DNA of 64,000 nucleotides from a virus (taxonomy: Duplodnaviria; Caudoviricetes): the IMG/VR virus record IMGVR_UViG_3300042896_000343, positions 363-64,362 of that record. The stretch is one strand, 5' to 3'. Shown one piece after another: positions 58,503-64,000 of this stretch. Numbering within the stretch: position 1 is the stretch's first letter; the number at the start of each line of letters is the position of its first letter. A program made the translations under genes and the position numbers. A model generated the notes under the pieces. The model was not told the DNA's origin and made no database searches. It was given only the letters and a program-made list of their open reading frames with translations.

Positions 58503-59177
58503 ATGGCAACATTTATTAAACCAGGATTTTGGCAAAATGTATGTAAACCTTGTAATGGATATAAAGGTTGGCTTAACTTAGATCAGTTAATAGAAAGTAT
58601 TGTTGGCACAGGTATACCTGGCCCACAAGGAGAACCTGGACCACAAGGGCCTCAAGGACCTGGTTTATCTGGAATATTTGCTCAAACTAGTGATGGAGGT
58701 CCTGTAGCTGCTACTGCAGTAGAAACAACAATATTAGGCCCAGGAGTAGGTACATTAACTGTTCTTGAAAATACATTTCAAATAGGAGATTCATTTCAAG
58801 CATCTTTAGATGGTTTAATATCTTGTACAAGTTCTTCAGAAATACGGGTTAGAATAAAAACATCGGGAGGTACTTTGCTTGCTGACACAGGAATAATTGA
58901 TTTAGCTGCAGCAACTAATAAATCATGGATATTAACTTTATATTTCACAATTAGAACATTAGGTGGTCCAGGAATTGCTTCAATTTCATCAGGAGGGTTG
59001 TTTTCTTATATTAGAAATGGAGGAACTCAATTTGAAGGATATGTATTAAGTAATATTGATGCTACAACATTTGATACAACAATTGATAACACTCTTAGTA
59101 TTACTGTTCAATGGACTACAAATAATATAGGTAACTCAATATTATCTAGAAACTTTACATTAACAAAAATTTATTAA
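58503..59177 (+). CDS. fibre/decoration protein with short collagen-like repeat
   Basis: GIPGPQGEPGPQGPQGPG followed by a beta-sandwich domain. Confidence 0.7.
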   Translation: MATFIKPGFWQNVCKPCNGYKGWLNLDQLIESIVGTGIPGPQGEPGPQGPQGPGLSGIFAQTSDGGPVAATAVETTILGPGVGTLTVLENTFQIGDSFQASLDGLISCTSSSEIRVRIKTSGGTLLADTGIIDLAAATNKSWILTLYFTIRTLGGPGIASISSGGLFSYIRNGGTQFEGYVLSNIDATTFDTTIDNTLSITVQWTTNNIGNSILSRNFTLTKIY

Positions 59178-59188
59178 TTTATAAAATT

Positions 59189-59899
59189 ATGGCAATTCCT
59201 AATAGACAAATAGGCCAATCTGCAGAAGCTAACTTACTTTGGCAAATAGCTAAACAATTAGATAATTTACAAAAAGTAACAGCAGGAACTTCTGTTGTTA
59301 CTGTTAATAATACAATATTAAATCCTGTTCCTGTAACAGGGCCTTTAACAGATGCACAATTAAGAACAACTCCTGTAAATGTATTAGGGCCTTTAACTAA
59401 CGCTGAACTAAGAGCATTAGCAATTTCTGTAACAGGTCCACTAACAAACACAGAACTTAGAGCAGTTCCTGTAAATGTATTAGGACCACTAACAGATACA
59501 CAACTTAGACTTACCCCTGTTCCTATTAGTCCTAGACCTAACACTACAGGAGCAAATGGTACAACTCCATATAAACTTGTATCACTAGCTACAACTAATG
59601 CAAATGTTGTAAAAGCTAGTGGAGGTAATTTATATTCTATTGTTGCTATAGGTTTATCTAGTACAGTTAGATATTTAAAATTGTATAATAAAGCAACCTC
59701 TCCAATTGTAGGTACAGACATTCCAGTAATGACTATTCCTATTCCAGCAAACACACAAGGAGCAGGTATATCAATTCCTTTTTCTATGGGAGTTAACTTT
59801 CCTATAGGAATCAGTATTGCAATAACAGCAGGAAGTGCTGATAATGATTCAGTAGCAATTTTAGCTAATGAAGTTTTAATTAATTTAACTTACGCATAA
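59189..59899 (+). CDS. fibre/decoration protein with four 16-aa repeats
   Basis: MAIPNRQIG...LLWQIAKQL head, four (P)VxVxGPLTxxxLR units (about 59324-59520) and a C-terminal beta domain. Confidence 0.7.
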   Translation: MAIPNRQIGQSAEANLLWQIAKQLDNLQKVTAGTSVVTVNNTILNPVPVTGPLTDAQLRTTPVNVLGPLTNAELRALAISVTGPLTNTELRAVPVNVLGPLTDTQLRLTPVPISPRPNTTGANGTTPYKLVSLATTNANVVKASGGNLYSIVAIGLSSTVRYLKLYNKATSPIVGTDIPVMTIPIPANTQGAGISIPFSMGVNFPIGISIAITAGSADNDSVAILANEVLINLTYA

Positions 59900-59900
59900 T

Positions 59901-60053
59901 ATGTTAACATTATTAAATTGTGGACAAGGACAAAATGGTTCTTATATTAACACACTGATTAATTCTTTTAAAGTACGAGTATTAGCAGATGGTGGTATAT
60001 TAGAAGCTGAGTCTTGTTTATTAACTACATTAACACAATTAAACAATATATAA
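59901..60053 (+). CDS. 50-aa protein (not in ORF track)
   Basis: MLTLLNCGQGQNGSYINTLINSFKVRVLADGGILEAESCLLTTLTQLNNI*; fills the gap exactly. Confidence 0.7.
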   Translation: MLTLLNCGQGQNGSYINTLINSFKVRVLADGGILEAESCLLTTLTQLNNI

Positions 60054-60056
60054 ATT

Positions 60057-61898
60057 ATGGGATTATTACAAGATGCAAGTTTAATTGTTACACCAAACGC
60101 ATATAAAGCAGGAAAATTATATTCAGTTGTTCCTAGTGATGGAACTGGTGATTTTACAGTAACAAGAGCTACAAGTGCTACAAGAGTAAATAGTCTTGGG
60201 TTAATAGAAATTCCTGTTACTAATTTATTTACAAGAAGTGAAGAGTTTGAAACGAGTTCTTGGGTTAAAACAAATTTAAGTGTTATTGAAAATACACAAA
60301 ATTCACCAATTAATAATTTAACAGCAGATACAATACGAATTCTTGTAGATACAGTTTTAACTAGACATAGATTAGTTCAACAACTACCATTTACTAACAA
60401 TACAACATATACTACATCATATTATTTAAAAAAAGCCAATCATAGATGGATACAATTAGTTTATGTTTCAGGAGATTTTGGTATCGATTCTTGGGCTAAT
60501 TTTGATTTAGAAAATGGTGTTATAGGTAATACTGGTCCTGGAGCAATAGCAACAATTACAAATGTAGGTAATGGTTGGTATAGATGCACATTAAGAGGAA
60601 CAACAACAGTTGGTGGTAATTTGACTGGTTGTGAAATTCTAACAACTAATAATACCAATAGTGGAAGATATCCAGCTTACCAATCTTTAGTAGCTGAAGA
60701 TGTATGTTATGTGTGGGGAGCACAATTAGAACAAAATGTTTCAGCAACAGAATACATATCAACAACATCAGTTGTAAGAACAAGATTTGCTGGTATAACA
60801 CAAGATGGTAGTATTGCTAGTAATATACCAAGACTTGATTATACAAATGCAAGTTGTCCTAGTATATTAGTTGAACCACAAAGGACTAATTTAATTACTT
60901 ATAGTGAAGATTTTGATAACGTTTCTTGGACTAAAGCAAATTCAAGTATAGTTGGAAATTCAACAATATCTCCAAGTGGATTAATAAATGCTGATACATT
61001 TGTAGCGAATGGTGTTAATTCCGCACATAGTGTTTATGTTAACCCAACAAGTTTACTTATTGCAAATACAACATATACTATTACTATTTATGCAAAAAAA
61101 AATACAAACAACTTTATTCAAATTGCTCCAAGTAGTACTATTTTTAATGGTTATGCTAATTTTGATTTAAATAGTGGAACAGTTGCGCTTGTAAGTTTTG
61201 GTTCTACCGCTACAATAACAGCTTTAAATAATGGTTGGTACAAATGTTCTCTTACAACAACTACTCCAGCAACTATTAATACTGGATTTTTATTTTTTAA
61301 TGTAATAACTTCTGGAACTGCAATTCGTTCTGAATCTAATACTTTAACAACTTCAGTATTTATTTGGGGAGCACAATTAGAAATAGGAGGAAATGCTACA
61401 TCATATATACCTACAACTACAGCAGCTGTAACTAGAAATGCTGACATGATAAGTAGAGATAATATTTATACAAATGGGTTAGTTACAAATGCTGGAGGTA
61501 CGTTGTTTATTGAAATAGAAAATAACTTAGCATTATTAAGAAGTTCAGCAAACCCAGGGATTTTTATAGGAGATTCAACAGGACAAATAAATGCATTTAG
61601 AATTAGAAATAATGCTAACTTTCCAGAAACAATAGGTATAGATAAAATTATTGGTGGGACTAGAACAGGTCTATTAGCTACTCCTGTAGGTGGAGTAAAA
61701 ATTGCTATAACTTGGAATGGAACAACTGCAAATATATTTATTAATAGTATTAAAGGAGTAACAAATACTGCTTTTCCATTTGTTAATATGGAATTTTTAA
61801 ATTTAAATGGAACTGACGTAAATAAATTCATAAAGTCAATGATGTTATTTCCTAAACCACTAACAGATTCCGAGTGTATATCTTTAACAACACTATAA
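60057..61898 (+). CDS. fibre/spike protein with duplicated carbohydrate-binding-like domains and a LamG-like C-terminus
   Basis: Two internal repeats TNL.T.SE.F...W.K.N...ADT...NGWY(R/K)C...WGAQLE...AT.YI.TT; FTVTRATSATRVN head. Confidence 0.75.
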   Translation: MGLLQDASLIVTPNAYKAGKLYSVVPSDGTGDFTVTRATSATRVNSLGLIEIPVTNLFTRSEEFETSSWVKTNLSVIENTQNSPINNLTADTIRILVDTVLTRHRLVQQLPFTNNTTYTTSYYLKKANHRWIQLVYVSGDFGIDSWANFDLENGVIGNTGPGAIATITNVGNGWYRCTLRGTTTVGGNLTGCEILTTNNTNSGRYPAYQSLVAEDVCYVWGAQLEQNVSATEYISTTSVVRTRFAGITQDGSIASNIPRLDYTNASCPSILVEPQRTNLITYSEDFDNVSWTKANSSIVGNSTISPSGLINADTFVANGVNSAHSVYVNPTSLLIANTTYTITIYAKKNTNNFIQIAPSSTIFNGYANFDLNSGTVALVSFGSTATITALNNGWYKCSLTTTTPATINTGFLFFNVITSGTAIRSESNTLTTSVFIWGAQLEIGGNATSYIPTTTAAVTRNADMISRDNIYTNGLVTNAGGTLFIEIENNLALLRSSANPGIFIGDSTGQINAFRIRNNANFPETIGIDKIIGGTRTGLLATPVGGVKIAITWNGTTANIFINSIKGVTNTAFPFVNMEFLNLNGTDVNKFIKSMMLFPKPLTDSECISLTTL

Positions 61899-61900
61899 TT

Positions 61901-62188
61901 ATGAATGTATATAAACTAAAATATCAAAATAAAGAATCGGCTATTATTGATTTAAAATTAAAACAAATAATAGATGAAAAAGAAAATTATATAAATGGTA
62001 CACAAGCTGTTGTTGAAATAGGTCTAATTGTATTAGAACAAGGAACATATGATGAAGAAGGTAATGTAATAACTGAACCAATATTTGCTGATGGTTATCA
62101 TTATGATGTAATGACTGAAGAAATAATTGATTTTGGTCTTTATGAGATTAAAGTTAATTCACCAAAACACACGTTTTTAGGATATTAG
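61901..62188 (+). CDS. small acidic protein (fibre-associated/chaperone-like)
   Basis: Likely start is ATG 61901 (MNVYKLKY), 2 nt after the upstream stop; GTYDEEGNVITEP...GYHYDV...PKHTF. Confidence 0.65.
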   Translation: MNVYKLKYQNKESAIIDLKLKQIIDEKENYINGTQAVVEIGLIVLEQGTYDEEGNVITEPIFADGYHYDVMTEEIIDFGLYEIKVNSPKHTFLGY

Positions 62189-62191
62189 TAT

Positions 62192-62199
62192 TATATTTG
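62192..62199 (+). promoter_or_regulatory. -7 promoter element for the glycosyltransferase operon
   Basis: TATATTTG, 20 nt before the ATG at 62220; -33 element not clear. Confidence 0.5.
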
Positions 62200-62219
62200 T
62201 AAATTAAAACCAATTATTT

Positions 62220-63233
62220 ATGAAACCAATATTTATTACTTGTCAACCTACAGATAGTTATTTTGTGTGGCAAAATCATATGTATATAGAATCTTGTATT
62301 GCACAAGGAATAAAAGAAGAACAAGTACATATTCTTTTATATAATCCAAAAGGAAGAGTCTATAATGATAAATGGGATTTACTTAAAAAAATATATCCTA
62401 AATTAAATATATTTGTTTATGAAGATGATGGAGTTCAACAATATTTAGGAACTTATATTCCTATTTTAAGACCACATATTCTTAAACAACATTTTAAAAC
62501 TTTTCCAGAATTACAAGATAGAACAATAGTATATACTGACTGCGATATTCTTTGGACAGATAATATGAATATTAATCATTTATTAGAAGATGACGTAAAT
62601 TATGTTAGTAATGCTTGTTCTTATTTAAACTATTCTTATTTTGAAAGTAAATATAAAGATGTGCTTCCTAGTAAATTAGAAGAAGCTAAAAAAATAGATT
62701 TTTTAAATGAAGTTTGTAAAATAGTAGGAATAGATAAACAAGTTGTAATAGATAATAATTTAAATACAGGAGGAGTACAATATATATTAAAAAATGTTGA
62801 TTCATTATTTTGGAAAAAAGTTGAAGAAGATGTTTTAAAAATACGATTGTATTTACTTCAAATAAATAAAGAATTTTTTAAAGACGAAAATACAGGAATA
62901 CAAAGTTGGTGTGCAGATCTTTGGGCAGTTCAATTTAATCTTTGGTATTTTAACAAAGAAACTAAAGTTGTAAAAGAATTAGATTTTGCATGGAGTACAG
63001 ATCTTATATCTAAAATAAATACTTATCCAATTTTACATAATGCAGGAATAGTATCAGAAACAGGAAATGGTTATCCAGCTTTTTACAAAGGCAAATATCA
63101 TCAAGGTACAGACCCTACAAAAGATCCTAACTTACAAGTTATAATTAATAACGAAGAATCTAAAAAGTATTGTACTTGGTATTACACAAATAAATTATTA
63201 CAATTAAAAGAAAAATATAATCTTAATTATTAA
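62220..63233 (+). CDS. GT-A glycosyltransferase, HPAT/peptidyl-serine galactosyltransferase-like (protein O-glycosyltransferase)
   Basis: Motifs CQPTDSYFVWQ, YIPILRP, DxD (YTDCDIL), GGVQYIL, W...E.D, SWCADLWA and ILHNAG occur in the same order as in plant SERGT1/HPAT (YFDWQ, YPAINKP, DADM, GG, WISEMY, HY), recalled from memory. Confidence 0.75.
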   Translation: MKPIFITCQPTDSYFVWQNHMYIESCIAQGIKEEQVHILLYNPKGRVYNDKWDLLKKIYPKLNIFVYEDDGVQQYLGTYIPILRPHILKQHFKTFPELQDRTIVYTDCDILWTDNMNINHLLEDDVNYVSNACSYLNYSYFESKYKDVLPSKLEEAKKIDFLNEVCKIVGIDKQVVIDNNLNTGGVQYILKNVDSLFWKKVEEDVLKIRLYLLQINKEFFKDENTGIQSWCADLWAVQFNLWYFNKETKVVKELDFAWSTDLISKINTYPILHNAGIVSETGNGYPAFYKGKYHQGTDPTKDPNLQVIINNEESKKYCTWYYTNKLLQLKEKYNLNY

Positions 63234-63236
63234 AAA

Positions 63237-63437
63237 ATGTCAAATCAAAGAAATTTAAAAGCATTTGTTCGCTTCGATGGAAGTGGAAGAGTTGTCGCAG
63301 GCAGCTTAGTTTTGAGAAAAAATCAACCTAAAGTAGGTAAATGGAAAGAAATTATAGGATATGAGTGTTGTAATCCAACAACAACTACAACTACTACTGT
63401 AGCTCCTACAACTACAACTACTACAACACTTTTATAA
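63237..63437 (+). CDS. 66-aa mini-protein with double poly-Thr tail (likely virion decoration and glycosylation substrate)
   Basis: Basic beta-rich head (AFVRFDGSGRVVAGSL) followed by CCNPTTTTTTTVAPTTTTTTTLL. Confidence 0.75.
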   Translation: MSNQRNLKAFVRFDGSGRVVAGSLVLRKNQPKVGKWKEIIGYECCNPTTTTTTTVAPTTTTTTTLL

Positions 63438-63438
63438 C

Positions 63439-63855
63439 ATGGCACTTAAATCATTATTTCCAGAAAATATGATGAGTACAGAAAATAGTAGCGAGCTCTC
63501 ATTAGAGAGCATTGCTGCTAAGCTTACTTATTATCATGAACAATTACATTTATTACATTGGCAAACTAGTTCATATGCAGAACATATGGCTTTAGGAGGT
63601 CTTTACGATTATGTGCACGATTTTAAAGATGGTATAGTGGAAAAAATAATGGGATACTCAGGAAAACGTCCTGGAATATACAAATTAGAACCATTATCAT
63701 CTGTAACAGCAATATCAGTTGTAAGTTCTTTATTAGAATTTGCATCAGAATTAAAAAAATATGGAGAAAAAACATCTTATCATGATGTTTGTAACCTTGC
63801 AGATTCTTTATCAGGAGAAGCAGCTAAAACAAAATATTTACTAACATTATCTTAA
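63439..63855 (+). CDS. ferritin/Dps-like four-helix protein (DUF5856-like)
   Basis: LHLLHWQT.SYAEHMALG.LYD...D.IVE...G and YLLTL C-terminus. Confidence 0.75.
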   Translation: MALKSLFPENMMSTENSSELSLESIAAKLTYYHEQLHLLHWQTSSYAEHMALGGLYDYVHDFKDGIVEKIMGYSGKRPGIYKLEPLSSVTAISVVSSLLEFASELKKYGEKTSYHDVCNLADSLSGEAAKTKYLLTLS

Positions 63856-64000
63856 TGGAAATAAACAAAAAACATTTTCCTAAAATAATGCAAGATAATG
63901 ACGAGGTTTTTCTTGCACATTTAGAAGGTGTAATTTCATCTGTTGATGAACTTTGTAGTCTTGAAATTACAAAAAATATAAACAGTTATAGTTTTAGAAT
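63855..64000 (+). CDS. hypothetical protein, N-terminal part (runs off the window edge)
   Basis: TAATG-coupled start; MEINKKHFPKIMQDNDEVFLAHLEGVISSVDELCSLE... stays open to the end of the window. Confidence 0.65.
   Translation, partial: MEINKKHFPKIMQDNDEVFLAHLEGVISSVDELCSLEITKNINSYSFR

Noticed and set aside
59179-59754. 191-aa minus-strand ORF
   Set aside because: Antisense shadow of the 59189..59899 repeat protein.
3661-61831. Other short minus-strand and nested ORFs in the track (e.g. 3661, 3914, 6885, 10682, 33765, 41018, 44710, 47486, 61466)
   Set aside because: All lie within well-supported + strand genes and have low-complexity I/F/S-rich translations typical of shadows.
3005-64000. 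Stop-codon reassignment (TAG or TGA), known in some crAss-like phages
   Set aside because: Very long ORFs (4340, 1571, 1533 aa) are intact and densely packed under the standard code; TAG appears to act as a stop at 62186-62188; no suppressor tRNA seen.
1-64000. CRISPR array, diversity-generating retroelement or integrase
   Set aside because: No repeat-spacer array, reverse transcriptase motif, TR/VR pair or recombinase was recognised in this window.

Overview
Nearly the whole window is the structural/late half of a strongly AT-rich lytic bacteriophage of the crAss-like group (Crassvirales-type, phi14:2-like). Its host is most likely a Bacteroidota (Flavobacteriia-like) bacterium, judged from TTTG-N19-21-TAnnTTTG promoters and the absence of Shine-Dalgarno sequences. 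Positions 1-2664 hold small leftward, probably early genes. From about 3000 everything runs rightward: wHTH, HU-like and Zn-finger genes, terminase, portal, scaffold, major capsid protein, a tRNA-CAT, ring/auxiliary capsid/fibre genes, a metallophosphoesterase, two free-standing HNH endonucleases and a muzzle gene apparently split in three. These are followed by injected cargo proteins (including a 4340-aa virion RNA polymerase with the DFDID motif), a lysis cassette, fibre/decoration genes, a glycosyltransferase and a ferritin/Dps-like gene. The most striking signal is a probable phage-encoded virion O-glycosylation system. A glycosyltransferase resembling plant HPAT/peptidyl-serine galactosyltransferases (GT95/GT96-like) sits directly upstream of a mini-protein made of poly-Thr tails, and five more putative virion proteins carry similar mucin-like poly-Thr tracts, mostly as C-terminal 'TTTTTTT-hydrophobic-stop' tags. 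Other points of note are a hybrid initiator-like tRNA lacking the 3GC pairs, a shared operator-like 11-mer before three operons, and a tRNA-like cloverleaf in the early region. All family assignments come from motifs and synteny recognised by eye; no database search was run.
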